Shown here piece after piece: positions 12,257-25,938 of a DNA stretch of 64,000 bases. Positions within the stretch are counted from its first letter, which is position 1; every line of letters begins with the position of its first letter. The translations under genes and the position numbers were made by a program. Under the pieces are notes generated by a model that was given only the letters and a program-made list of their open reading frames with translations, was not told the origin of the DNA and did not search any database. This stretch comes from Octopus sinensis (lineage: Eukaryota): positions 65,224,001 through 65,288,000 of the forward strand of contig NC_043007.1 of NCBI RefSeq assembly GCF_006345805.1, written 5' to 3'.

Positions 12257-13343
12257 CAGTGGTAAATAGACAGCCCATAAAACATCATTTTATGTTTATT
12301 ATAATTTGTAAAGGTTTATAATTTTGTATTACTTGCCATTTTTATGTTACAGGTTCTATATGTGACTGTTCAATCATGCCATGTACAAAAGAAGCCTTGG
12401 AGCTGTCTGAATTTCAAAGAGGCCATATTTTGGGTCACTCTGAAGGTGGACATAGTCAGTATAAAATTGCAGAAAACCTTGGGATTCCACTTTCTATAGT
12501 TAATAGAGTGATTGTGCAATTCACCAGAGAGAGGAAGGAGTCCACATCACCTCACCCACATCAACCAGGGCCCTATGACAGGACCCTTCTCTTTGTTAAG
12601 AGAATTGTGGAGGATAATCCTCATTGCAAGGCCTCTGACATAGCAGAACAAGTTGAAGTTAGACCCAGAACAACTGTTAGGTATCTTCACAAACTTGGTT
12701 ATTATGGCAGCGCAGCAGGAAGAAAGCCACTTCTTGGACCAGGCAACTTCAAGCGGAGAAAAGATTGGGCCAATGAGATGGTGGTGAGACCACTAACATT
12801 TTGGGACACTGTCCCAAAATTCTCTGATGAGTGCAGATTTGCCTTATTTCCTGACAGTGGTCGAGTATAGGTCTGGAGACTCTGTGATCAAGAATTTGAG
12901 GTGAAAAGCCAACAATGGAACACGGCAGCTATTCTGTGATGGTCTGAGGAGCAATTTGGGGCAATGGTTGATCAGAGCTGATAAAGTGTGAGGAAAGCAT
13001 AAACTCATATAAATATATGTCCACATGGCAGAAAGGACTCCTTCCAATTTTCTCCAGTAGTGAAATGATTAAAGTAAGTTATTTATTTATGGAAGATGGG
13101 GCTCCTTGTTACACGGCTAAAATGACCCAAGATTTGTTGGATGAGAATGACATTAAAAAGCTTCCAAAAAAGAACAAGAAATCATCTTCAAAGCCAGATC
13201 TTTTGAGATTACTGCGTTGAAAAATATAAAGGGCATGTCTACTAAATATTAAGTATTAACATTATAACAATTAATACATAATTTGAATGTATAATTTCAG
13301 ATTTAAATAAATTGTAATGATTATAGGGGTGTCTAGTAAATAG
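12257..13343 (+). mobile_element. Tc1-like DNA transposon, internally deleted
   Basis: Degenerate terminal inverted repeats (AGACAGCCCATAA / TTATAGGGGTGTCT) flanking a transposase pseudogene. Confidence 0.85.
12376..13220 (+). pseudogene. Tc1 (DD34E) transposase pseudogene
   Basis: [27 protein letters not shown] (D1), FMEDGAPCYTAK (D2); stop codon and frameshifts; SPDLNPIE segment absent. Confidence 0.9.
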
Positions 13344-13543
13344 ACACACACACACGCACACACATATGATGAATAGATAGGGATATATTATCCAGGCAGG
13401 TACAAGCTCGCAGCTACAATCCGGGTTATGGCTGACCGCATTGAGTTGTAAGAAGTATCTAGGATTACTTAATGTGAGCAATCCCATTGTAATTCATCCG
13501 ATGTATGTATATATGTGTGTATATATATATATCTCTTATTATA

Positions 13544-15327
13544 TCTCTTATTATAAAAGGCAGATTTTATCTGACTCCCTTTGGGTTATACAAATCTACA
13601 ATATAGGATTTCTTCAATTACAATTTACCTTGCATTTTTAAGAGTACATGCATCGCGTCATGCCAGGTCCAGTTTTTTAAAATTTAAACTCCAATAAGCA
13701 AATTTACAGAAAACTCACATTCTGGTGTGTGTGTCAATGCTTTTCTTAGTCTGGTTTACACCACACGCAAACGCAACACACAGTGGGCAACGAATAAATG
13801 AAAGTAAATAGCGACAGTGATTTGAGGAGACTAAGTGAAAGTATTCTGTCTATGACACTGATAGATACATGAGTAAAATGTATGGGAAGCTAAGAGCTAA
13901 GAGTGAGTGAAAATTTCTTGGAAGAGAGTAATTAGTAATAAAGTAAACATACACTCATACATACATACATACATACATACATACATACATACATCCATAC
14001 ATACATACTACATACTACACATACACACACACATACACACACACATACATACACACACACACACATACATACATACATATACATACATACATACATATAC
14101 ATACATACATACCACACACACATACACACACACACACAAAGTATTGAAGCTTGAGAACAATCAGATACATTTGCAACACATCTGTTGAAATATTATTGTT
14201 CACACACATACATATACATATATACATACAGACAGACAGACAGATAGACACACACACACACACACATGATCCAGCATGGCCACAACCTCAGGCTGAAACA
14301 TATAAAAGAATAACAGATATAAATGTGTGCAAAGTACAAGAAATATTAATGCAGTATATGGGGATGGACAATAAGCGTAAGGCAGTGTCAATGGTGGTTC
14401 CAGAAATCCCGAGCCATAAACTACGCCTAGAAGACGAGCCTCATCCTGAAAGATCTGTAGACTCGACAGGACATCCTGAACCCTGGTGGAACAAAATATC
14501 ATCGTACTGTTGAGGAACTAGCAGAGAACTTGGATTTGGTCATTCAACCATTCATTGACACCTGTGTGCTATCGGAAAAGTCAGCAAATTGGGTCATGGT
14601 TCCTCACGAACTTTCCGAGTCTAATTGCATGCAGAGAGTGAATGTATGCTTTTCTTTGCTGTCATATCTCACCACTACTGCGCTATGTATATCTATATAT
14701 ATAAAACTGTAGTTGTGTGAGTGTCTGTCCCCTTCGATTTAGATTCCTAACTACTCCCAAATTTTGCGGTACAGTTTTAACCAAATTCGGGTAGCTTATA
14801 GTCGTGATTCATATCGAGCCCGTCTGAATATTAGCGCGCGTCTACGATGAGTCTACGATTTTAAAATAATTTAACATCATTTTTTATTCCATTTTAATGC
14901 ATAATTTTTCGTGTGTCGATGGCGGCGGAGTTGGCGTCCACGCTCACACCTGCACCTGTGGGGAAGGGAGTGTAAGGAAATCAACGTCGTAATGCGTTGT
15001 CAAGGAGACCAGTGTTCTTTTAGAACAACGACTTCATGGCTTGAAGACACCAAACAGAAATGGCTAAGAAAGCGTCTACATGAGTCTACGATTAAAAAAA
15101 AATTTACCATCGTTTTTTTTTCATTTTAATATGCATTTTTTCGCTATTATATAAGGGAAGTAACTCTCTAATAATTTCTACGATGAGTCACGATTTTTAA
15201 AAAAATTTACCATCATATTTTTTCCATTTTTAATGCATTTTTTGCTATTTTTTGGCTATAACTCTCTAAAAATGCTTATATAGTTTATTTCCCTTACAAA
15301 CCCGAGCAACGCCGGCGATACTGCTAG
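13544..15327 (+). mobile_element. Composite non-autonomous Helitron (copy 1); inner Helitron at 14692-15327
   Basis: A|TC 5' ends at 13544 and 14692; 3' hairpin CCCGAGCAACGCCGG then CTAG|T; three internal sub-repeats; inverted homologous copy at 43258-45214. Confidence 0.8.
14330..14680 (+). pseudogene. Mariner transposase N-terminal fragment captured in the Helitron
   Basis: Frameshifted STRNINAVYGDG..RQCQWWFQK..LEDEPHPERSV..VPHELSESNCMQRV (WVPHEL motif). Confidence 0.8.
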
Positions 15328-15499
15328 TATAAATATATATATATATATACACACATACATGGATGTATGCGTGTATATACATATATATACATACATATAT
15401 ATATATACATACACGTATACATACATGTATGCATGCATGTATATACATACATACACACACGCACACAAACACGCACGCACGCACGCGCGCGCACACACG

Positions 15500-15532
<33 letters not shown>

Positions 15533-16124
15533 GCATATATATATAATATATATATATATACGTATTCATATAAATGGGAGACAGGTTTCTTTTATACATA
15601 TTTTATTAAAAAACATGACTAATTTCCAGTTTTAGTTTGGGCTTGCACTCAATTTTCGTTAATAAAATTCAATCATAAGCCATTAGGCCATTGTAGAAGA
15701 CACTCGCGCAAGGCGCTGCACTTTGTAAAGTTGTGAAGTTGTGAAGCAATAAAACGTAACCCCATTGTGTTGGTGCCACGATAATCCTACTAAGAGCACT
15801 CTCTAAACGAATGGGGATGAGGGTTCAAAGACTCTATTAGTTTCGTCAAGGACATAGCAATCTGCTATTGTGCTTGTGTCACAACATATTGCCCCTAATA
15901 TACTCTTTTGAGTGTGGCTTTGAGGAAAACTCACACTCAACAAAATGTATTGGGCTGACTAGTTTCTTCTTGCAGAGCGTATCAACAATCGACACAGCAG
16001 TCTATCACCTACTTCGTGACATGCAGTAATTGAGATATGTTTTTATTACTTCAGCCCATGACTTCCCCAGTTTTCTTTTCCACAAGGTCCATTCACTTTG
16101 TTAAACTTTTCGCTCTGCTATTTT

Positions 16125-16552
16125 GACCTCCATCGTTCATGCACGCAAATTTTCTTTTCTACTCTATGCACAAGGCCCGACATTTTCGGGAAGGGGGCCT
16201 GTTTTTTTTTTCGACCCCGAAAGGATGAAAAGCAAAATCGACCTCGGTGGAATTTGAACTCAGAACTTAAAGACAGACGAAATACCGCTAAGTATTTCGC
16301 CCGGTGTGCTAACGCTACTTATTTCTTTATTGCCTACAGGGGGCTAAACGTAGAGGAGACAAACAAGGACAGACAAAGGGATTAAATCGATTACATCGAC
16401 CCCAATGCGTAACTGGTACTTAATTTATCGACCCCGAAGGGATGAAAGGCAAAGTCGACCTCGGCGGAAATTGAACTTAGAACGTAACGCCAGACGAAAT
16501 ACTGCTAAGCATTTCGCCCGGCATGCTAACGTTTCTGCCAGCTCGCCGCCTT
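16125..16552 (-). mobile_element. Two tandem or nested SINE family A copies
   Basis: CGACCCCGAA(A/G)GGATGAAA..CGACCTCGG occurs twice; head ends at GCCAGCTCGCCGCC. Confidence 0.85.
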
Positions 16553-17503
16553 CATGCACACAAATATTACACATCCCGTGGGTCATCCTCGCAGCATTTT
16601 TTTTCTGCTATGCGCTAATCCTCTGTATTCAAATCTCCGGTTTGGGGATATTTTCTTGCTTTCCGCCTCCACCCACCTGTCTCGGGGGCTTCATAAAGAT
16701 CCATGAACACTTCCTTCAGCAACCCCACCCCGGTCTCGGGGGTTCCGTAAAGGATCATGGGCACTTCCATCCGTGCCCCATCCGACCAAAAGATGAAATG
16801 AAAATAGTTTTACATTTCTGTGTCTACTCACAAGTTGGTTGTCTTCTAAGCTTTGACCGCTTCATTAAACACTTTTTATTTATCCCCCCCCCACCCTTAC
16901 TGGCACCGTCTGACAAATATATTGCCTTAAATGATAGCGGATATCCGGTTTTCTCAACTGTTCAAGTGCGCATGCTGCTACACTCTTACTGACAGCTTTT
17001 TTATGTGCAATCACGCGCGCATGTGCGAGGATCTACTAGTTTGTTCGCATAAGATAGCTTATCAGCCGGCGAGAATATGTCTGTTGCAGTGTTTTCGTGT
17101 AGCGAAACACAAATCAGTTCAAGTTTGAAAATTGTAATAAATAAATTTATTTCTAGATGAGATGTTACACGCGAAAGATAATCTTATATGAAAAGAATCG
17201 AATGTAAAAATTTATTTTACTTGAATGAAAATATTCATTGGAAATCTGAATAGATGTAATATTGGAAAACCGAAATATTTTTTGTCGTGTTCTTGCAGAA
17301 TGAAATTATAATCGAATATATTTTAAATAGAGGTTAGTTTGTATATATGTGTATATGCATGTGTATGAGCATGTGTGCGTGTGTGTGTGTGCAAGTGCGT
17401 ATGTGAGAGTTAATGTGATGTGTGGGTTAAGTGTGGGTGTTTATGTGCATGTATTTATATGGTGTGTGCATCTATGTATGTGTAGTGTATATGTGGTGTA
17501 TAT

Positions 17504-17548
<45 letters not shown>

Positions 17549-17599
17549 GTTCCTCCTCGAATGTACTTTTTCATTTAGCAATTATCTACAATCAATGAC

Positions 17600-18295
17600 A
17601 GCAAGAGATAGAAAGAGAAACAGAGCAATTAAGGGATGGGAAGAAAGATAGAAAGATAGATGGAGAGAGAGAGAGAGAGAAATAAATAATAAATAAAAAA
17701 GAAAGAAAGAAAGAAAGAAACAGGTACACAAAGAGAATGGAAATAAGAAATAGCAGGATGGAGAGAGAGAGAGAGAGAGAGAGGGAGAGAAAGGGAGAGA
17801 GAGAGGGAGAGAGAGAGAGACAGACAGACAGAGAGATAAACAGAGATGCAGACAGACAGAGAGTTTGTGGAAGAGAGACGTCTGAAGCAGAGATAAATAG
17901 CATGTAGGGAAATAACGATAGTGGGAAAAGAGACAAATGTGCAAGGGAAGAAAGTAAGATGTGAGAGAGGGAGAGGGAAATATAGAAGGAAAGGAAGTGA
18001 CAAAAGTCTGAGGCAGAGGAAAGCAGACTATTAAATAGAATGAAAGAGAAAAAGAGAGGAAGTAGAGAGATGGAGAAAGAAAAGTGAAAGAGTGAGGGGA
18101 AAGTTAAAAAGAAAAGGGTAGAAATGAGACAGAGGAAGATTGGGGGGGATAAAATGGGAGAAGGAAAGAGAAAAGAAGAGAAAGGAGTGGAGTAGAAAGT
18201 GAAAAAGAAAGGACGATAAAGAGATAAGGAAAATGATAGGTCTGGGTGAAAGGCAGAAAGGTAGAATGACAAAAATAAAGAGACAGAGAAAGAGA

Positions 18296-18349
<54 letters not shown>

Positions 18350-18800
18350 AGAGAAAAGAGATAAAGATGAATAAAGGGAGATAAGATGAATTGAATGAAA
18401 GAAGAAAAGGCCGTAAAGAAGGTACTAGAATGAATGGAAATGGACGAATGAAGGAGCAATGAAAGAATAAAAAAGAGAACGAATTTTAGCTTGAGATTGA
18501 GGAGAAAATGCCAGAATGATAATAAGAATAATTTAAGCAGGAAAGAAAGAGAAAAAATAGAAAGAATAGGATAGAAAAAGAGATATATAGAGAAAGAAAT
18601 TAAATAGATTGAAAGAGTAAAAGTAAGTGGGAATGAGAGAGGAGAAGGAGAATAAATATAAGTGGGGGTGAAAGACAAGAGAAAGAATGAAAGAGAAAGT
18701 AAGAATGAATGAATGAATTAAGATATAGTAAGCCAAATAGGAATAGGAAAAAAGAAGAAGAGGAATATAGGAAGGAAAGGAGGAAATCAAAGAGCACACG
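17600..18800. repeat. Polypurine (GA/AAG-rich) low-complexity tract, about 1.2 kb
   Basis: Plus strand is overwhelmingly A and G, with (GA)n runs. Confidence 0.9.
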
Positions 18801-18975
18801 ACTTTAGTCAATAGTAAAAAGCTTGGACGCAAAATGGCTACAACCTGTTATGCGACGCAGTGCGGAACTAACGTCAGAGCTGACATCACGCTTTAATTGT
18901 GTGAGACTTGAATCAAGTCTCGTTATGTCATCTTTTATACATACATACATATACATACATACATACATACATATA

Positions 18976-19026
<51 letters not shown>

Positions 19027-19530
19027 CATGCATGCATACATACACACATACATACAAACATGTATACTTGTTTTGTATATGTATATATAAGTATTGTATT
19101 TTATATATATATATACACACGCGCACTTATATATATATATGTATATATGTATATCTACACATATATGCATATATATTTATGTATGTGTATACACACACAC
19201 ATATATACATACATACATGATTTCATTGTATTTTATTTATCTTATTTTTCTATTGTCGTGGAAAGATGGCAGCCATTTAGCAGACATGCTTCTAGACTGC
19301 ACGTTAATGGCTCACCTTGTGAATAAATGAAAGCAGTCTGTATATATGGAGACTGCTTGTGGCACCGACGGACAATAACGAAAACGTTCACCTCCACCTG
19401 AAAACTCCATCTACTGTTGCCATTACAAGAAACCAGTTCATCTTTTGCTTTTTCCTCCTATCATCCTCTTTCTATTTCTTGGTAATCTCTCCATTCCCAA
19501 CCCTCTTTCACTTTCTCGTTCACACGCAAA

Positions 19531-19588
<58 letters not shown>

Positions 19589-19670
19589 GCACACACATAC
19601 ACACTCATACACACAGATACACATACACACATACAGACACATACAGACATACACACGCGTTCTCTTTCTC

Positions 19671-19709
<39 letters not shown>

Positions 19710-19710
19710 G

Positions 19711-19802
<92 letters not shown>

Positions 19803-20459
19803 CCTACCTATCTATTTATCTTACTATCTGTTTGTCTATCTTCTTGTTTGTCTACCTATAAATATATTTCTCTTAATCGAATGACTATATCCTTTCTTTC
19901 TATCTTTCTTCCTTCCCTCCCAACCTCCTAGTGTGTCAGTATATGTGCGTGCGCGTGTGTGTGTGTGCGTGTGTGTGCATGTGTGTACGTGCATGTGTTT
20001 GTGTGTGTGTGTGTGTGTGCGTGTGTGTGCGTATGTGTGTGCGTATGTGTGTGCGTGTGCGTATGTGCATTTGTGAAATGAATGAGAGAAAGAAGACAAA
20101 TGAAAACACGAGACGGAAAGAGATTTCCCCAATGCAAAAACGTAACTGCAGTAATAATATACATACATAAAAGTCGGCACGCTCACACACATAAAGATAC
20201 ACACACAGACACAGACAGACAGACAGACATACACACACGCATGTACGCACCCGCATATACATACCCGAACCCACAGACGAAGTATTCTCAGATCTGTATA
20301 GGTAATATAAGAATACATGGATATACCCAAACTGATATAGTATGATAAGATGTGATATAATATAATATAACATAACATAATATAATATATTATAATATAT
20401 TACAAGAGAATGTAATATGATATACGTATGAATGTATCTATCTATCTATCTAGCTATTT

Positions 20460-20604
<145 letters not shown>

Positions 20605-20659
20605 TATACATATATACACGCCGCACATATATATAAATATATATATATATACACATACT

Positions 20660-20731
<72 letters not shown>

Positions 20732-20870
20732 AATATATACACTTCTCCAATTCTGAAGCAGGGACCCAACTACTATTATGCATTCAAAAAATACTCCACA
20801 AATGGGTTGACATGTCTTTTAGTGATGGAAATCTATTTGGCTGTGTGCACGTGCATGTATGTATATATAT

Positions 20871-20924
<54 letters not shown>

Positions 20925-21360
20925 TGTGTGTGCAGAAGGCAGACAGAGAGGGACAGAGAGAGAGACAGTGAAACACATAAAGAGAAATATTTAAATTCAT
21001 ATACACGTACACTATAGTGAAATTTCGATGTATATAAGAACTTACACACTTACACATACGGACATCATACGCTTACCCTGAATGTATGTTTAGTAGTTAT
21101 ATTTATACGCCATGCATGTGTGTTTCTGTATATATGAGTACATACATATATACATACATACATACATACATACATACACACACATACATACATACACACA
21201 CATACATACATACATACATACATACATACATACATACATACATACATACATACGTACGTACTTACATACATACGTACATACATTCATACATACATACATA
21301 CATACATACATACATACACACACATACATACATACTTGCATACATACATACATACATACA

Positions 21361-21394
<34 letters not shown>

Positions 21395-21425
21395 CATACA
21401 TACATACGTACGTACATACATACAT

Positions 21426-21736
21426 ATATTGAAGGAAAGAAAATGGAGACGATTGGATGTATTAAAATTTGCATGTTAAAATATGTTGAAAAATTTCTAT
21501 TAAAAACATTACAATACAAATAAATGGATTATAAGTTGTAAAGCTCAAAAAGAAGTTTAAAAAAGAATCTAAATAAGAATTTAAAATGTTAAATCTTAAA
21601 ATCGTTTTGAGCTTTACAACTTATAATCAATCTATTTGTATTGTACTTTTTTTGTAAATGAAATTTTTCAACATTTTTTAACATACAAATAAACTTTCCA
21701 CACATCCAATTCTCTCAATTTTCTTTCCTTCAATAT
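21426..21736. repeat. Long inverted repeat (arms about 125-130 bp, spacer about 54 bp)
   Basis: ATATTGAAGGAAAGAAAAT...TTATAAGTTGTAAAGCTCAAAA versus TTTTGAGCTTTACAACTTATAA...ATTTTCTTTCCTTCAATAT. Confidence 0.9.
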
Positions 21737-21927
21737 TAATAATATATATAATTACAATAATCCCTAACATATACAAGCGACTTTCGTATTGTATGATAGG
21801 GATTAACCAATAGAATTTCTTGGATTACATAATCCCTTATGAGTTTATAACTCACTCGAATTGACTATATAAAATATATGCATATGCATATAAATATATA
21901 TATATAGCTATATGTATCTATCTCTAA

Positions 21928-21958
<31 letters not shown>

Positions 21959-23048
21959 TATATATATATGTTTTATATATGTGTGTACACACACACACTC
22001 ACACACACACACACATGTCTACATATATATACTTACAAGCACTGCCTAAGGCAGAAGAAAAAAAGAGAATCTTGAATGGCTGTTGAACTACATATATTAC
22101 TTATCGAACGATCTTACTATCGATTATACCAAATGGGCTCTGCTAATTCCATCTGTCAAAAAATAGTTTTTGTAAAAGTTTTATTGGAGAAACAAATATT
22201 ATTACCTCCCCTACAAGTCACTCTTTTTAGTTTGTACCTCATAAATATACAAGCTTCTTTAGTGTAATACTAGACCGTATTAGACGCTAGTCGGTTAGCT
22301 CACCTTCTTGCAGTTATTTGGCAATGGATTATCTTTGGTTCTCAAGTGAAATGAAGAGGGATAATAACATTTTTGTGTGTTATCGTTTACGCCAAATGAC
22401 AGAACCCATTTATTTTAACTGGTTGTTGTCTGAATTTCGTGATAAGGTCAGCTGTCTTTTCTTGAACGTTGCTTGCAAGAGTACCGATTGTTTGGAGTTT
22501 CTGTATAAATGGAAGAATAAAATATCATTTCAAGTTGGATATAAACTTACAATAATGAAACACAGATGTAAATGTTGTAGATACAATTTAAAATAACACT
22601 GTAAAGTAAGCAATAATATATTCGAATCTTCAAGATGTAAACTAATAAATTTTTTTAGGGCATAATACAAGATACTTTGTTATTTATGATGAAAAGCATT
22701 CAAACAACGAGTATTTTTTGTTTCATTTATATTTCATTTTTATTATATCTAATAGTATCCACTATTGTTTAAGACATTAGTGTGTAATGTTTAAGACATA
22801 GTGTGTAATTGAAGGATACTTGGTGTTATTTCCCTCTTTAGATCGACCTGAAATGCTTCGTTTGAGCTGTGGTGAAACGTATCGGAAGCATTGTTTATCG
22901 CTACCTAAACGTAGTTATTCTATAAAAACAGACGATACTACTATTTTAACCCCAGGAAGACGCCTTCTCCAGCTGGTTATTCAGTGTATTTCGCATTTGA
23001 TATATATTGCTAGCGGGGAGAGAACTCCCTGCTATTCTAGCCAGGAGG

Positions 23049-23097
23049 CCACCAAATTACGTGATTTCGATCTCATTTTGATCATCCTCAGTGATGG
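23049..23097 (-). ncRNA. Minimal type I hammerhead ribozyme, intact core
   Basis: CCAUCA-CUGAGGA-U-GAUC[AAAAUGA]GAUC-GAAA-UCACGUAA-UU-UGGUGG; near-palindromic stem III; AUU cleavage triplet. Confidence 0.7.
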
Positions 23098-24045
23098 ATG
23101 CTCGTCTTCTAGACATAGAAGTAATTTACCACAGCTTGCAATATATAGAAAAACAGCATCACACAGCCACTGATGATAAACATTACTTCTCAGTATACAT
23201 ACTGCTTTCGTCTCTAATAAATATTTTTTTAACGAGCTAGTTTGCTAGTATAGAGAGCTATTTACCTTAAAGCTCGAATACCTTACCAACCTAAATATAA
23301 TAGATAGGGAATCCAACTTTACTCTTCACCTGAAATTTCTGTTCGTGTCTTTGGCTCTAATAATTAAAAAGACCAGTGGAATCAGTGGAAATTCCACATT
23401 ATATGAATGTCTTTTTATTAATATGCTGATAGACGAATTTATAGACCTTCATATCATTGTTTCAAAATGCTAAAGATTTCAATTATAACTTTGATTCCTT
23501 TCCATTGTTAAGCTTTTAAGCTTGTTTAAAGCATAATACGCGAACTTGTTTCAGTATAACAAAGATTTCGGTTACGTCTTTGGTTTCGTTCGTAAGCGGA
23601 ACCTGAAGCACCTAGAGATATTGTGACAAGAGGATACTATTTAAGATGATGTTTAACATATGTAAAACCACGAATTTCGAGGGAAGATGAACCGAGCCCT
23701 TGATACTCGATTTATGCAGATTACAGTTAAATGATATTTAATATTGGATCGAAGATCGATGAAAGGCACAGTAGATCATCTTTCTATTATGATATAACTT
23801 AATTTCTTTGCCACAAGGTCCACAACTGAAAAGAGATCTTTCAGAAACAAATTACAAAAGCGATGAAAGTTTACGCAGCCTAGATTGTGTAAGAAGAGAA
23901 GCATTAAAAACCCCATTCAATTTTGACATACAACAGCCATTTTTGTAACGAAAGAGCCGGAAATATCGTTTCCAGTACTTGACTGGCACAAAGTTGTATG
24001 CAAGTTGATTTGAATTGAGAATGTAATGAGCCAAAACAAATAATC

Positions 24046-24420
24046 CTTTCTACTGAAGGTACAAGGCCTGAAATTTTAGTGGAGGGGAATAGTCGATTAC
24101 ATCAACTCCAGTGTTTTACTGGTACTTAATTTATCGACCCCGAAATGATGAGAGGCAAAGTCGACCTCGGCGAGCCGAAATAAAATAATGCAGAACATTT
24201 GTATGCCTTTCAAACAATCGTTACTTACATAGGTACAAAGGCTGAAATTATATGGAGAGAGGTTAATTCGATTCGGTATATGACCAGCGTTTAATTTGAT
24301 CCAGCATCTTATTTTATCGACTCCGACGGCTGAACTCGGCAAGATTTGAACAGAGAACACAAAGAGCAATAAATAACCAAATAACGTCGAGCATTATAAC
24401 CAATGCTCTAACGACTCTTG
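24046..24420 (-). mobile_element. Two SINE family A fragments
   Basis: GTACTTAATTTATCGACCCCGAAATGATGAGAGGCAAAGTCGACCTCGGC plus a more diverged second copy. Confidence 0.7.
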
Positions 24421-24447
24421 GCTGTTTATCAGGATCAACAACCTTAA

Positions 24448-24481
<34 letters not shown>

Positions 24482-24506
24482 TAATAATAATAATAATATA
24501 ATAATA

Positions 24507-24553
<47 letters not shown>

Positions 24554-24936
24554 GACAACGACAACAACAACAACAACAATAATAATAATAATAATTGATT
24601 TCTTTTTTTGCTATTCATTTATTTATTAATTTATGTTGTATGTACAGGTCATCTCCCTGGAGATAAGTATATAGCGCTGTCATCTCATCAAAATAAATGG
24701 TTGCGTAAATTTCTTATGTGTGCGTGCGCATGTATGTGTGTGTGTGTATGTGTGTGTATAAATAGGCTTCTACACGTAGATATATATACACATAGATTTA
24801 TATATATCTACCGTATTCACATCCACACAAACAGATGTATACGTATAGAAAGACAGACATACGTACATACAAATCAGCGCGCATAAATATATACATACAT
24901 GCATACATATATACATACACACACACACACACATAC

Positions 24937-24969
<33 letters not shown>

Positions 24970-25574
24970 ATATATATATATATAATATATATATTTGTAT
25001 AATACATTTGTTTATATTATATATATATATACATATATACATGCATATACATACATACATACATACATACATACATACATACATACATACATACATACAT
25101 ACATACATACATACATACATACATACATACATACATACATACATACATACATGCATACACACACACACACACATACACCACACACACACACACACACACA
25201 CTCACACACAATGTCTACCTGGCTACTTGAGTTTTATGCCGAAGAGCGTTTGCCATCAAACTCCAATCGCGGGATAATAATTTAAAAGAACCATATACAT
25301 TACATGTGTTGAATACACGTCCCTTGTTCGTTCGATGCACATACATATATACATGAATATACAGTCATATCAACATCATAAGGAGCGACACGGAATAAGA
25401 GAGAAACGCATTCGAATGCGAAATGAGGCATTGAAATTATATATCTCAAGTTTAAATTCCCAAGTGCCACTGTCATTCTAAGCTGACCAGTAGAATCTGT
25501 ATGCCTCACGTATGGAAGCACACACGCTCACACTGACGTAATATAACACATACATCGCGCGCGCGCGCATGTTA

Positions 25575-25938
25575 TTCGTTTACTTGTTGACTGTGGCCAT
25601 ACTGGAGCACCGCCTTAAAGGGTTTTGGTCGAAGAAATCGACCCCAGGACTTATTTTTCGTAAGCCTGGTACTTATTCTATCAGCCTCTTTTTGCCGAAC
25701 TACTGTGTTACGAGGACGTAAACACACCAACATCGGTTGTCAAACGATGGTGGGGGGACAAACACAGACACACACACACACACACATACACACACACAAC
25801 GGGCATCATTCAGTTTTCGTCTACCAAATCCACTCATAAGGCTTTGGTCAGTCTGAGGGTATAGTAGAGGACACTTGCCCAAGGTGCACCCAGTGAGACT
25901 GAACCTGGAACCATGTGGTTGAGAAGTAAGCCACGCCC
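25575..25938 (-). mobile_element. SINE family B
   Basis: Reverse complement of the 38233-38635 family. Confidence 0.85.

Noticed and set aside
12823-12845. CTGATGA hits here and at about 29334, 40622 and 55959 as hammerheads
   Set aside because: No GAAA half or stems; they lie in transposase coding or simple-repeat sequence
14840-15245. CRISPR-like spaced repeats (GTCTACGATGAGTC..)
   Set aside because: Three imperfect internal Helitron sub-repeats with irregular spacing; eukaryotic context; no cas genes
16405-16992. 195-aa ORF
   Set aside because: Starts in an antisense SINE and has no recognisable domain
22772-22810. Short tandem duplications (also about 31901-31945)
   Set aside because: Ordinary ~20-bp slippage duplications
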